Notes under the pieces: model-generated | Seen by the model: the letters and a program-made list of their open reading frames with translations, nothing else | Databases searched by the model: none | What the model was told of the DNA's origin: nothing | Position numbers and translations under genes: made by a program | In this document: piece after piece, positions 44,468 to 55,247 of the stretch | Layout of the letters: each line of letters starts with the position of its first letter | Position numbering within the stretch: the stretch's first letter is position 1 | From: an uncultured Gemmatimonadales bacterium | GTDB lineage: Bacteria > Gemmatimonadota > Gemmatimonadetes > Gemmatimonadales > GWC2-71-9 | Direction: 5' to 3' | DNA length: 64,000 nt | Assembly: GCA_963748815.1 (NCBI GenBank) | Contig: CAVVKJ010000010.1 | Coordinates: 640,001-704,000, forward strand

Positions 44468-46977
44468 TCCAGTACCCCCAGCCCGTGACGGGCAAAGAAA
44501 TCCTCGCACTTGGTGCGCACCTGCGCCCACGACCCGATGACCCGCTCCGCCCGCGGGAGCCCCGCCAGCACCAGGGGGCCGTACCGCTTCGTCACCACCC
44601 GGCGGTCGAGCAACACCACCACGCCGACGTCAGTGGTGGAGCGGATCAGCCGCCCGAACCCCTGCTTGAGCTTGAGCGCCGCGTGCGGGAGGAGATAGCC
44701 CATGAAGCCGTCCTCCCCCGCCTCCGCCAGCCGCTCGAGACGCGCCGCGGTGATCGGCTCCGACGGCACCTTGAACGGCAACTTGCACAGCACTAATCCT
44801 CGCAGCGCACGCCCCGGCACGTCCACCCCCTCCCAGAAGGAGTCGGTGCCGAGGAGGATCGCGTTCCCCGCGTCGCGGAACCGGCGGAGCAGCGTGTCCC
44901 GGCTGCTCTCCCCCTGTACCAGCAGCGGCCACCGGGGGTCGAGCATCGTCCGCAGCTGCTGCGCCGCCCGCCGCAGGGCGGCGTGGCTCGTGAACAGGAC
45001 GAACAACCCCCCGTCGGCGGCGTGCGCCAGGTCGGTCACCGCCTGCGCGAGGGCGGCGTCGTGCGCCGCCTCGTCCTCCCGCGGGTCGGGGAAATCGTCG
45101 GGGATGCCGAAGAGGCATTGCGAGGGGTAGTCGAAGGGAGACGAGAACACTTCGCGGGTGGTCACCGGGCTCGGCGAGACCGCGAGCCCCAGCCGCCGCT
45201 CGAGGAACTCGAACTCGCCACCCGCCGCCAGCGTCGCGCTGGTGAGGACGACCGTCTTCAACCGCTCGAACAGCAGCTCCCGGAGCACCGGCGCGAGATC
45301 GAGCGGCACCGCCGAAAGCTGGGTGTGCTGCCGCTTGGCGCCGGAACGTTCGATCCAGCGGACGGTGGCGGCGCCACCGGCCGCGGGGCGGAGCGTCCGG
45401 TTGAGGCCGTCGGACACGTTGTTCAGGCGGCGGACGACCGCGCGCATTTCCTGCAGCAGCTGGTCGCCCCGTTCGGTCGACTCCACCTGGGCCAGGCGGT
45501 CCTCCACCGTTTCCACCTGGTTCTTGATCTGGTCGAAGCTCGACAGGAGCGCGTCCAGCTCCATCCGGAGCCCCTCCTCCCAGACCTCGTCCTTCTCAAA
45601 CTCGTCGGTGAGACGGCGCTGGCCGCCACCCGCCGCCTCCGCCATCCCGTGCAGGCGAAGGAAGAGCTGCTCCGCGGCGCGGCGCGCGTCGCCGATGGCC
45701 GGCATCAGCCGCTCGCGCACCAGGTCGAGGCTGGCCCGGCTCAGCAGGTCGCCGCGCCCCGAGAGCTCCATGACCAGCGACGGCACCAATCCCTTGCGGT
45801 TCCGCTCGAACCGGCCGAGCAGGCGCTGGACGCCGCGGCTCGTGACCTGCGTCCCGAGGTGGGACGCCGCGACATCTTCGAGGTGGTGGGCCTCGTCGAG
45901 GATGAGCCGCTGGTAGGGCGGGAGCACCGCCGCCTCTTCCCAGTTGTCCGACGCCTGCCGGACGGCAAGGTCGGCGGCCAGGAGGTGGTGATTCACCACC
46001 ACCACGTCGGCCTCGGCCGCGCGCCGCCGCGCCTTGAAGAGGAAGCACTGGTCGAAGAAGCCGCACTTCACACGGGTGCACAGATCGGCCTCGGCCGAGA
46101 TCTCGTCCCACACTTCGCTGGTCGGCTGCACCGGCAGGTCGCTCAGCGTCCCGTCCGCGGTGCGCGACGCCCATTCCGCGAGGCTCACCAGCTCGTCCTG
46201 CTTGTCCGGCTCGAGCAGGCTCTGCTGCGCCCCCGTGGCGTGCTGCAGCCGGGAGAGGCACAGATAGTTCCGCCAGCCCTTCAGCAGCGCAAACTTCGGC
46301 GCCCAGCCCTCCTCCGCCAGCGCTTCCCGGAGCATCGGCAGGTCCTTGCCGACCAGCTGCTCCTGGAGGTTGATCGTGTTGGTGCTGATGACCGTGCGCT
46401 CGTTGTTGGCCCGCGACCAGGCCAGCGCCGGCACCAGGTAGGCGAACGACTTCCCGACCCCGGTGCCCGCCTCCAGGACGAGGACGCCGCCGTCGTTGTA
46501 GCCGTCGGCAATGAAGGCCGCCATGTCGCGCTGGCTCTGCCGATCCTCGTACTGGCCCAGCACCCGGGCGACGGGCCCGTGCTCACCCAGCGTTTCCACC
46601 ACGGCGTAGGGATCGAGCCGCTGGAGCTTCTGTGCGTGCGGGACTTCGACGACGACGTACAGCCGCTCGCCGGCGTTATCGATGATGCCGAAGCCCACCC
46701 CCTCATCGTGCAGCCGGGCTGCCACGGCCAGGTCGGGCTCGGAGGGCTCGAGGTTGCCGCTGGGATGGTTGTGGAGCAGCATCTGGCCGCGGCGGGCGGC
46801 CCCGGGGAGGGCGAGCACCATCTGGACCGTACCGCGGGCGACCGCGCGCGCCGCGGTGACTACCCCCTCCTCGTCCACGTCGGCGACGAACGACACCTCG
46901 CGACCGCCGGCCGCGCGAATCTCGCCGGCCAGCAGGGTGCGCACGGCCACGGCGATGCGAACCACGGAAACGGTCAC
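44464..46977 (-). CDS. DinG/YoaA-type Fe-S helicase with N-terminal JAB (RadC-like) domain
   Basis: HNHPSGNLEPSEPD; EAGTGVGKS; NYLC..C..C..C; DEAH; FWEGVD; QGFGRLIR. Confidence 0.92.
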
Positions 46978-48944
46978 GGGGCCGGCGCGGGATCGATAAG
47001 AATGAAGGGTGCGTCGTCCTCGCCCATGGCGCGGAACCAGGCGATCAGCGCGTCGATGCTGTCAGGCGGGAAGATGCCCCGCGTGCCGATCATCCGGCGG
47101 GTGATTTCCAGCGTCCCGTCGACAAAAGCGTAGGTGCCCCAATACTCGCCAAACACGCTGGCCGCGTGCACCGAAGGCGGCAATTGGGGGCGCCATCCGG
47201 CCGGCAGGACGATGCGCACCTTGACGACGTCCTCCTCGGGGCCGAAGACGCGGGCGGCGTCGATCGGGAAGCGGCGCACCGGCAGCTGCTCCAGCGCATC
47301 CGCCGCGTCGGTGAACGCCGCCACGGTTCCCACGGGGTTCTCGAGGATCCAGTTGCTGCCGGAACGGCGCAGCGCCTTGCCGTCCTGCACGGAGAGCGAG
47401 ACCCGCACCGGCGCGGCCAGGTCCAGCCCCTGGAACGTCTCCAGGCTGTCTCCCCGGGCGCCGGTAAACCACCCCTGCGCGATCTTGCGCGCGAAGTTGG
47501 CCCGGCCGGCCGAATCCATGGGTGACTCGAACAATTCCCGCAGCTCCCACTCCCGCGACCCGGTCATCTCCTCGCTGTACGCCCCGTTGAACTTGCCGGC
47601 CGGATCGAGCCGGCCGGACAACTGGATGAGCGACAGGCGCTCGGCGGGCGTCTCCTCCGGAAAGGTGAGTTCCTCCACCGCGCCCGCGGCGGGCACCCCG
47701 AGGCCGAACTCCCCCTGCAGCTGCGGCGGCAGGACGCCGAGCGGCAGCAGCGCCACCGTCAGGTCGGCGTAGACCCGGCCCTCGGGAAGCGTGACGTACG
47801 CGATGGCATGGTCGAACTGGTCCATCGAAGGGAGGCCCCGTTGGACGCCCCCGTCGCTGCTGGTGAGGACGGTGACGGCGTTGAATCCCAGCGACCGGAG
47901 CGCGGCCACGAACAGCGTCGCCTTGTCCTTGCAGTCGCCGAAGCCGCTGGCCACCACCTCGGCGGGCGGGCGGGGCTGGTAGCCGCTGATGCCGAGGGAA
48001 ATCGACACGTACCGAATATCCTGCGCCACCCAGCGCTGAATCGCCGCCGCCGTGTCGCGCGCCGTGGTGGCGTCCGTCACCAGCGACCGGACCTGGCGCA
48101 CCAGCTCGGGCGAGAGGGCGTACCGGTCCTCCGCCAGTGTTCCGTACCACCGGCCGATGTCACCCCAGGTCAGCGGCGACGAGGCCGCCACCCACATGTA
48201 GATGTCGTTCGAATCGGCCGCGTAGGCCTCGGGCTTGATGCGCGGGAGATCTTCCGTGGCCCAGGTCATCACCTGGCGGCCGTTGGACCGCTCCGTCAGG
48301 CGCGGAAAGTTGAGGTTCCGTTCCTCGATCCGGAGCCGTTCCCCCTCCGGCGCGTCGATGATGAGCCGGGACCGCTTCACCATGAGTCCGGTGCTGACCC
48401 CCCACCACTGGTAGAAGTCACCCGGCACCCACGCCTTCGTCTTGACGGTCGTGTAGCTGTAGTCCACGATGGTGCCCACCGCCACGCCGCTCATCGAGAC
48501 GCGCACCACCTTGCGATTGGCGTACACCGGGGCGCCCATCGCCGCGGGGACGTCGCTCTCCTGCTGCTGCGCGGGGCCGGCGCTGAGGACGGTGCCGTCG
48601 GGCTGGACCACGCGAATCCAGTTGAGGGTGAACTCCTCGTTGTCCGGCGACCAGGAGAAGGAATGCTCCGCGAGCCCCTCGACCGCGGCCTGCTTCAGGA
48701 CCTGGACCACCTGTCGAAAGGTCCGCCGCTCGCGACCGTCGGCCTCGACGACGATGACACCGTCGTCGAGCAGGAAGGCGGCGGACTCCTCGGGAAAGTC
48801 GGCGGGATCGACGGCGAGCCGGTAAATCGAGTCGGAACGCACCGAGGGATCGCCGGCGGGGGTGATGCGGGGCGCCTGCGCCGACGCGCCTCCCGGCAGG
48901 AGCAGGATTCCGACGACGATCCAGCGGAGTCGCTTCAGGCTCAC
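46974..48944 (-). CDS. Exported DUF3857 + transglutaminase-like protein
   Basis: Signal peptide; GDCKDKA, FDHAI, YADLT give an intact Cys-His-Asp triad. Confidence 0.88.
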   Translation of the reverse strand: MSLKRLRWIVVGILLLPGGASAQAPRITPAGDPSVRSDSIYRLAVDPADFPEESAAFLLDDGVIVVEADGRERRTFRQVVQVLKQAAVEGLAEHSFSWSPDNEEFTLNWIRVVQPDGTVLSAGPAQQQESDVPAAMGAPVYANRKVVRVSMSGVAVGTIVDYSYTTVKTKAWVPGDFYQWWGVSTGLMVKRSRLIIDAPEGERLRIEERNLNFPRLTERSNGRQVMTWATEDLPRIKPEAYAADSNDIYMWVAASSPLTWGDIGRWYGTLAEDRYALSPELVRQVRSLVTDATTARDTAAAIQRWVAQDIRYVSISLGISGYQPRPPAEVVASGFGDCKDKATLFVAALRSLGFNAVTVLTSSDGGVQRGLPSMDQFDHAIAYVTLPEGRVYADLTVALLPLGVLPPQLQGEFGLGVPAAGAVEELTFPEETPAERLSLIQLSGRLDPAGKFNGAYSEEMTGSREWELRELFESPMDSAGRANFARKIAQGWFTGARGDSLETFQGLDLAAPVRVSLSVQDGKALRRSGSNWILENPVGTVAAFTDAADALEQLPVRRFPIDAARVFGPEEDVVKVRIVLPAGWRPQLPPSVHAASVFGEYWGTYAFVDGTLEITRRMIGTRGIFPPDSIDALIAWFRAMGEDDAPFILIDPAPAP

Positions 48945-50239
48945 GTCTTCAGTTCCTTCTTCTTGGCCGCGGGGAAGAGCACGTTGTTCAGGATCAGGCG
49001 GTACCCGGGTGAATGCGGATGCATCGACAAGTCGGTCGGGGCGTCACCGATCTGGTGCTGGGGGTCTTCCGGGTCGTGCCCCCCGTAAAAGGTCCAGGTG
49101 CCCTGCCCGTGCTCCCCATGAAGATACTTGGCCCACGGCGCTCCCGGCTCGTCGGCCAGGACGGTGACCCCCGGCTTGATCCGGCTCTTCCGGAACGAGG
49201 TCGTGAGTCCGTAGAAATCGGGGATCGACTCCCGGTGATTCTGGACGAGCATCGTCGCCACCGGGTCGATCTTCGCGCTGAAGCCGAACGACCGGAAGCT
49301 CCCCAATTCCTGCCGCCGGCTGAGCGCGTTGACCTCGTGGCCGTCGATGTCGGAGAACTGCGACACGGTCGGGCTCAACTCGAGGCGCGCGTCCTGGAAG
49401 GCGAGGGCGCGGCTCCAGTCCATCTTGGCGGTGGCGTTGGGGTCCATCGGCGTCTGGTCGGCGTACGCCGCCGCGATGTCCACCCCCGCGCCGGCCAGCG
49501 CAAGGTCGAGCGTCTCGGTCGCGGCGCACATCGCGAAGAGGAACCCCCCCTGCTGGACGTAGGCCGCGATCGCTTCCGCGACAGCGCGCTTCTCCGCCGG
49601 GACGTTGGGAAAGCCGAACGCCCGCGCCATCGCGGTGTTGCGCTCGACCATCTCGGTCAGCCAGGGCGCGCCCGCGTACGTGAGGTAGAACTTGGAGTAC
49701 TGCCCCGTGAAGTCCTCGTGGTGCAGGTGAAGCCAGTCATACCGCGCGAGCCCCGTCCCGCCTGGCGCCAGGACCTCGGGATCCCAGACCTTGTCGAAGT
49801 TGATGCCGGCATACCGCAGCACCATGGTGACCGCGTCGTCCCACGGCGCGGCATTGGGCGGGGCGTACACGGCGACCTTGGGCGCCTTTTCCAGCGGCAC
49901 CGCCTCCATGTTGCCCAGCTGGAGCTCGGCGCGGATGCCGAGGAGGGCACTCTCATCCAGCGGTTCGGTGGTCACTCCGGCCAGCGCGGCATCGCGCGCC
50001 GTGACGGGATCGGACGGGACCAGGAAGGCGCCGCTCCGATAGTTGAGGAACCATTCCGCCCGACCACCTCGCTCGAGGAGCCGGAAGACGACCCCGTACG
50101 CCTTGAGATGGTCGCTCTGGGTGTCGTCCATCGGAATGAGCAGCCAGGGCGCGCGCCACACCGACCGCGGCGGCCACGCGAAGAAGGGGGCCGCCGCGAG
50201 GACGCCACCGGCGCTCCGGAGAAACTCCCGGCGTCGCAT
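48941..50239 (-). CDS. Tat-exported GATase-like protein (family often labelled 'asparagine synthetase B')
   Basis: MRRREFL; HLKAYG, PWDDAV, WLHLHHEDFTGQ, GGFLFAMC, GGHDPED. Confidence 0.8.
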   Translation of the reverse strand: MRRREFLRSAGGVLAAAPFFAWPPRSVWRAPWLLIPMDDTQSDHLKAYGVVFRLLERGGRAEWFLNYRSGAFLVPSDPVTARDAALAGVTTEPLDESALLGIRAELQLGNMEAVPLEKAPKVAVYAPPNAAPWDDAVTMVLRYAGINFDKVWDPEVLAPGGTGLARYDWLHLHHEDFTGQYSKFYLTYAGAPWLTEMVERNTAMARAFGFPNVPAEKRAVAEAIAAYVQQGGFLFAMCAATETLDLALAGAGVDIAAAYADQTPMDPNATAKMDWSRALAFQDARLELSPTVSQFSDIDGHEVNALSRRQELGSFRSFGFSAKIDPVATMLVQNHRESIPDFYGLTTSFRKSRIKPGVTVLADEPGAPWAKYLHGEHGQGTWTFYGGHDPEDPQHQIGDAPTDLSMHPHSPGYRLILNNVLFPAAKKKELKT

Positions 50240-51963
50240 CAGCTCTCCGGAATCCCGCCGCGCGCGGCGTCGAGCACCCGCCGGGCCTGCGGCACGGCGG
50301 CGCTCCCGGGGTACGCGAGGATCAGGTGCTCGAGGTGGTCCACCGCCTCGGCGGCTCGATTGAGCGAGAGGAGCAGGCGCGCGAGCGCCAGTTCCGCGGC
50401 AGGCGCGGTGGCAGGCGCCGAGGAGTCGGCCGCCGAGCGGAGTAGTCGTTCCCCCTCGACGGGGCGTCCACGCGCCACTTCGACCTGCCCGGCCAGGAGG
50501 CGAAGTTCCGCCCCGCCTGCGGCGGGGGCGAGCCCCTCCGCCACCGCGAGCAGGCCGGTGACCGCCGCGGCCGAATCGCCGCGCGCCAGCGCCAGGAGCG
50601 ACGCGCCGAGCGGCGGCAGGGAATCTTCCTCGATCGGCTGGATGAGCGCGAGCATCGCCGTGCGGGCGGTCGCCTCCTCGCGCGTCCCGGCAAACGGCCC
50701 GGCGGCACGGAGCGCGGTCGACGCCCCCGCGAGGTCGCCACGATAGAGGCGGATCCGCCCGAGCACGGCCATCGCCTCCACCGTGCTGTCGGATGCCAGG
50801 ACCGCCGCCGCACGGTCCAGGTTTCCCTGTTGAATCCACCCCTCGGCCACCTGCAGCGTGAGTCGGTCGGCGTTCTCCTGCCCAAGGTGGGTCCGCAGTT
50901 CGTCGAGCTGGCGCTGGGCCTCCGCCACCTGCCCCTCGCGCAGGAGCACCGTCACCAGCGTCGCCGTTGCCCCGGCCGCCATGTCCGGCGGCGTGCTCCC
51001 GTCCGCCGCCAGCGCCACGAGCATCCGCCGCGCAGACGCGGCGTTGCCCGCGTCGGCATAGGCGCGGGCCGCCTCGAGCCGCATCCGCGACGCGGCGCTG
51101 CCACTGCTCCGGTCGGCGATCTGTTCGAGCGCCTCGCCCCGCACCTCGGCGGCTTCCGTCCCCTCGACGGTGCGCGCCGCATCGAGGAACTGCCGCAGGG
51201 CCTCGACCGTCTCGGTCTTCGCCTCTGGCAGGCTGCTCATCAGGAGCGCATAGGCGGCTGCGGGAGCACCCCACTGGACCTCGAGCTCCGCGCCGAGGCG
51301 GCGCGCGGCCGGGGTGCCGCGAGAGAGCTGGCGGACGATCCTGTCCCGATCGGCGACTGGCGCGCGCGCCAGCGCGTTCCGCGCCGTCAGTCGATATCCG
51401 GGATACCGGTCCATCGCGAGCGCCCACTCCCGGGCCGCTTCGTCCCAGTTGTTCTGGGCGGCGGCGAGCAAGGCCATTTCCCCGGCAAGCGCAGCTGGAT
51501 CGCCCAGCCGCTCCCGTCCCGTGAGGTAGGCGCGGCGGGCGCCACTCCCGTCCCGCTGGCCGAGGAGAGTGTTGCCCCAGTCGCGATAGGGGGCCTCGCT
51601 CCCCGGCTCGACCACGGCCCAGCGCCTGGCGACCGCGCCCACGCTGTCGGGCCGGTTGGCAGCGGCCCAGCCTCGCATGGCGACGGAGTATCCAGCGATG
51701 ATGGACGGGTTGCGGGTCAGCAACGCCTCGGCAGGCAGCGCCAGTTCAGCGTCGCGCCGCAACGGCCCCAGCGACCGCTCGAGTCCCAGCAGCGCCGAGA
51801 GGTTGTCCGGATACTCGCGAAGGACGCGCAGGTAGGCGTCTGCCGCGCCGGAGAAATCGCTCCGACGCTCCAGTTCATAGGCGCGCGTCATCAACTCGGT
51901 CTGTCCGGCGAGCTGGCCAGACATTCCGAGGAGCAGCAGCAGCGGCAGGAGCGCGCGCCTCAT
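50239..51963 (-). CDS. Exported TPR-repeat protein
   Basis: Signal peptide; helical repeats; C-terminal LEHLILAYPGS. Confidence 0.8.
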   Translation of the reverse strand: MRRALLPLLLLLGMSGQLAGQTELMTRAYELERRSDFSGAADAYLRVLREYPDNLSALLGLERSLGPLRRDAELALPAEALLTRNPSIIAGYSVAMRGWAAANRPDSVGAVARRWAVVEPGSEAPYRDWGNTLLGQRDGSGARRAYLTGRERLGDPAALAGEMALLAAAQNNWDEAAREWALAMDRYPGYRLTARNALARAPVADRDRIVRQLSRGTPAARRLGAELEVQWGAPAAAYALLMSSLPEAKTETVEALRQFLDAARTVEGTEAAEVRGEALEQIADRSSGSAASRMRLEAARAYADAGNAASARRMLVALAADGSTPPDMAAGATATLVTVLLREGQVAEAQRQLDELRTHLGQENADRLTLQVAEGWIQQGNLDRAAAVLASDSTVEAMAVLGRIRLYRGDLAGASTALRAAGPFAGTREEATARTAMLALIQPIEEDSLPPLGASLLALARGDSAAAVTGLLAVAEGLAPAAGGAELRLLAGQVEVARGRPVEGERLLRSAADSSAPATAPAAELALARLLLSLNRAAEAVDHLEHLILAYPGSAAVPQARRVLDAARGGIPES

Positions 51964-54900
51964 GGCGCCGGTCGCTCGGTCAGGCGCCTGAAGTACTCCA
52001 GCACCAGCCGGCGATCCTCCGGCGAGAGCCCCTGCAGCTGTTCCCAGCTCGGCAGCCGGAGCTGCTGATCGTCCACGCCCAGCTGCGCCCGAAGCGCCGG
52101 CGGAAGGCGCACGTCGTCCTGCGCCCCGGTCGTGCTCTGCCGCTCCTTCTGGTCGTCCTGCTCCTCCCCCTGCAGCGTCCGTCCGGCATCGAGCATCCGG
52201 CGGAACAACCGCTCCTGCCGTTCCACCGTGCGCTTGTCGAGCCGACCGGCCTCCAGTTGCCGCGCGAGGTCCCGCGCCTCCCCGGCCAACTCCCCTGCCC
52301 CTTCCGACTGGGTTTCGGCCCGCAGCCGTTCCAGCTCCTCGGCGAGTGCGCGCTGCTGCGCGGACAGCTGCCGGATCTGCTCCTGCATCGCGCCTCCGCC
52401 CACCATCGGCAGCATCTGGGCGCCTTGCTGGCTCAGCTGGCCCTGCTGCTGGGCCATCTGGTTCATGCGCGCCATCGCCTCGGCGAGCCCGGAGCCGGAC
52501 CCGGAGCCGGACACATCCCCCCGCGCCCGCGACATCTGGTAGGCCGCAGCGTTCAGCGCTTCCACCGCCTCGCCGGCCTGCGCCGTGGCGTCGCGCTGCC
52601 CCGGCACCGCAGTCGAGAGCGCCTCGCGGGCCGCGCTCATCTGCCGGCGGGCCGACTCGAGCGTCGCCCCGATCTGCGGCGGCACCAAAGCGTTCTCCCC
52701 CGACACCTTCTTGTACTGTTCCGTCAGCTTCTCGACCCCCTCCTCCACCACGGCCTGCTGGGCCCGGAAGGTCGACGCTGACTCACCCAGGCGCAGCGCC
52801 TCGCTGATGGCCAACTGCCGCTCCGCAAGGCGGCTCGTTTCCGCCAACATCTGGTCGATGGCCGCCAACACCTCCGCCTTCCACTCGCCCTGCACATCCT
52901 GGCGTTGCTCGTCTATCTGCTTCTCGAGCGCCTGCAGCCGCTCCTCGGCCTGCTGCCCCTGGCGCTTCGCCGCCTGCGGCTTGCCTTCCTTGGCCGCGGC
53001 CGCCGCCTGCTTCATTTCCGCTGCCGCGGCGGAGGCCGCCTTGGCCGTCGCCTCCATGCGATCGGCCTGCTCGCTGTTCTGCATCCGGTCAAGTTCCTTT
53101 GCCGACTCCTGCATCGCCGAGGCGAGCGAATCGGCCCGGGCCGCGAGCGCTTCCTCCTGTGCGGCGGCACGGGTCGAATCGGCGCGCGCCACCTCCTCGT
53201 TCCAGCGCCCCTGCTCCTTCGCAAGGTCGCGCGCCTCGGCCGCCATGTTGGCCATTTGCCCCTCCATGGCCGCCCGTTCGAAGAGCTTCTGGCTCCGTTC
53301 CAGCGCCTCCTTGAGCTGGCGCTGCGCCTCCGCAAGCTCCTCGAGCGCGCGCCGGGACCGCGCCGCGTCGAGCTGGCTCAGCGCCTCCCGCAACTCCTCC
53401 AGCTGCTGGCGCATTTCCGGGGTGAGCGCGCGGTCGAGCTGCTCGGCGATCTCCTGCATCCGGCGCTCGAACTCCGGGTCCTGCACACCCGCCTCCGCCG
53501 CCGCGCGCTGCAAGTCGTCGATGGCCGCGCGCGTCTCCTCGGCCTGCCGCACCAACTCCTCCTGCTGCCGGGCCACCGCTTCAGCCCGCTTCGCCTCGTC
53601 GAACGACATCGCGGCCGCTTCGCGCCGGCCCGGCTGTTCAGCGCTCGAGCGGGACGCCTCGCGCGAGAGGTCTTCCGTCTGGCGCTGCAGCCGCTTGCTC
53701 GCCGCGGCGAGCGAGTCGAGCTGGGCGCCCACCGACTCCGTGGCGGCGCGCTCGGCCGCCCGCACCTCGGCGAGCGTCGGGAGGCGGAGCACGTACTCGC
53801 GCGAGCGCCCAGTCCGCCGGCCCGGCGCGTTGTCGGTCGCGACCGCGTAGTAGCGCACGGTGTCGCCCGGCAACAGCGAGCGTCCCCCGAGCTCCAGCAC
53901 CCACGGGACGATCAATCGGTCGGGCGCCCCAGCCGGGATCGGGACCTCCTCCCGCCGCTCCAGCTCCTCGATCCCCAGCCGACTGATGCGCCGGCTCACC
54001 ACCACGAGCGCCGTGACCCCGTGGTCGTCTCGCGCGTCGACGACCAGCGGCACCCGGAGCCCGAGGGGGGCGAGCGTGTCCGCTCCCGGCACCGGGATGC
54101 CGACCGCCGGCACGCTGTCCGGCGCGATGCGCAACAGCAGGGCGCCGTCGTTCCCGGCCAGCGGCATCCCGTTCGAGGTCGTCAGCGCCAGGCGATACGC
54201 CCCCGACGCGACGGGGACGCTCCGCCCTTCGAACCGCCCTCCATCGACGACGAGCACCACGGGACCCCGCGGGCCGACCAGGGCCGCGGCGGAGAGTGGC
54301 GCGGTGGCCTCCCCTTCCACCAGCAGGCGCGTCCCCTCGGGGAGCAGGATCGAATCGGGGCCGAAGGCCAGCGATTCGTCCTCGATGCCCAGATACCTCG
54401 GGTACTGCGCGGTCACCGACAACGACCCGAGGAAGGCGGGAATGCGGACCGCGACGTGAAGGGTGTCCGATCCCCGACTGCCGCTGGTGGCGCGGACGAA
54501 GAGGTCGGCGGTGAGAGGCTGGCTTAGGACGGTCGCTTCCCCGATCGAATCGAGCGTGACCTCCTCGGGTCGCCAGGTCTCGCCCGGCGCTCGCGTCCAG
54601 AGGGTGGCGACGCCGCGGCCCGGGGCGCGCACCACGAGCGAAACCCGGGCTCCCCGGTCCACGGAGAGCGCAGAGGCGTCGAGTTGGACGGCGCCCATCG
54701 CGAGTCCCAGAGCCTCGGCGGGATGCCAAAGCATTCGGACCGGCGCGCGGCCCGGCCCGGCCCCGAGCAAACAGGCCCCGCCGACGACCAGCGCGACGGC
54801 GCTGATGCGGTTGGATCGCAAGACGCGGGCGGTGATCGGCGCCAGCGCCGCCGGACCCCGTGCCGCGAGGTCCGCCGCCCCGGCGTTGTCGGCGGCAAGG

Positions 54901-55247
54901 TAGAGGTCGTGGCTCAGGCCATCTGCCGGCGGAGCGAGCATGCCGGTGAGCGCGCCGAGCCGCCAGGCGCCCTCCGCCTCCAGGCGCCGGGCGAGCAACG
55001 GCACCCTGAGGCTCCGCACTCGACGCGCCACCAGGACGGTAGCGGCGGCGGCGCCCACCAGCGCCACGATCCACGCGGCCGGCACCCACCAGAGCGACTG
55101 CACCAGGCCAAGCCTCGCGAGCCACGCCGCGCTCCCCAGCACAATGAGCCCGATGCCGATGACCAGCGCGCCGCCGCCAGTGAGCGACCGCCGGGTGATC
55201 GGGAGGGTCAGCCGCTCGAGGGCGTCCCGCGTCTGCACCGGAGTCAC
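51960..55247 (-). CDS. Large membrane-anchored Ig-like/coiled-coil protein (DUF4175-like)
   Basis: Three N-terminal TM segments; ARDDHG, PGDTVRYYAVATDN; long Q/E/A coiled coil; LVLEYFRRL end. Confidence 0.8.
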   Translation of the reverse strand: MTPVQTRDALERLTLPITRRSLTGGGALVIGIGLIVLGSAAWLARLGLVQSLWWVPAAWIVALVGAAAATVLVARRVRSLRVPLLARRLEAEGAWRLGALTGMLAPPADGLSHDLYLAADNAGAADLAARGPAALAPITARVLRSNRISAVALVVGGACLLGAGPGRAPVRMLWHPAEALGLAMGAVQLDASALSVDRGARVSLVVRAPGRGVATLWTRAPGETWRPEEVTLDSIGEATVLSQPLTADLFVRATSGSRGSDTLHVAVRIPAFLGSLSVTAQYPRYLGIEDESLAFGPDSILLPEGTRLLVEGEATAPLSAAALVGPRGPVVLVVDGGRFEGRSVPVASGAYRLALTTSNGMPLAGNDGALLLRIAPDSVPAVGIPVPGADTLAPLGLRVPLVVDARDDHGVTALVVVSRRISRLGIEELERREEVPIPAGAPDRLIVPWVLELGGRSLLPGDTVRYYAVATDNAPGRRTGRSREYVLRLPTLAEVRAAERAATESVGAQLDSLAAASKRLQRQTEDLSREASRSSAEQPGRREAAAMSFDEAKRAEAVARQQEELVRQAEETRAAIDDLQRAAAEAGVQDPEFERRMQEIAEQLDRALTPEMRQQLEELREALSQLDAARSRRALEELAEAQRQLKEALERSQKLFERAAMEGQMANMAAEARDLAKEQGRWNEEVARADSTRAAAQEEALAARADSLASAMQESAKELDRMQNSEQADRMEATAKAASAAAAEMKQAAAAAKEGKPQAAKRQGQQAEERLQALEKQIDEQRQDVQGEWKAEVLAAIDQMLAETSRLAERQLAISEALRLGESASTFRAQQAVVEEGVEKLTEQYKKVSGENALVPPQIGATLESARRQMSAAREALSTAVPGQRDATAQAGEAVEALNAAAYQMSRARGDVSGSGSGSGLAEAMARMNQMAQQQGQLSQQGAQMLPMVGGGAMQEQIRQLSAQQRALAEELERLRAETQSEGAGELAGEARDLARQLEAGRLDKRTVERQERLFRRMLDAGRTLQGEEQDDQKERQSTTGAQDDVRLPPALRAQLGVDDQQLRLPSWEQLQGLSPEDRRLVLEYFRRLTERPAP

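Noticed and set aside
48941..50239. Genuine asparagine synthetase AsnB
   Set aside because: No N-terminal Ntn Cys or SGGLDS motif, and it has a Tat-type signal
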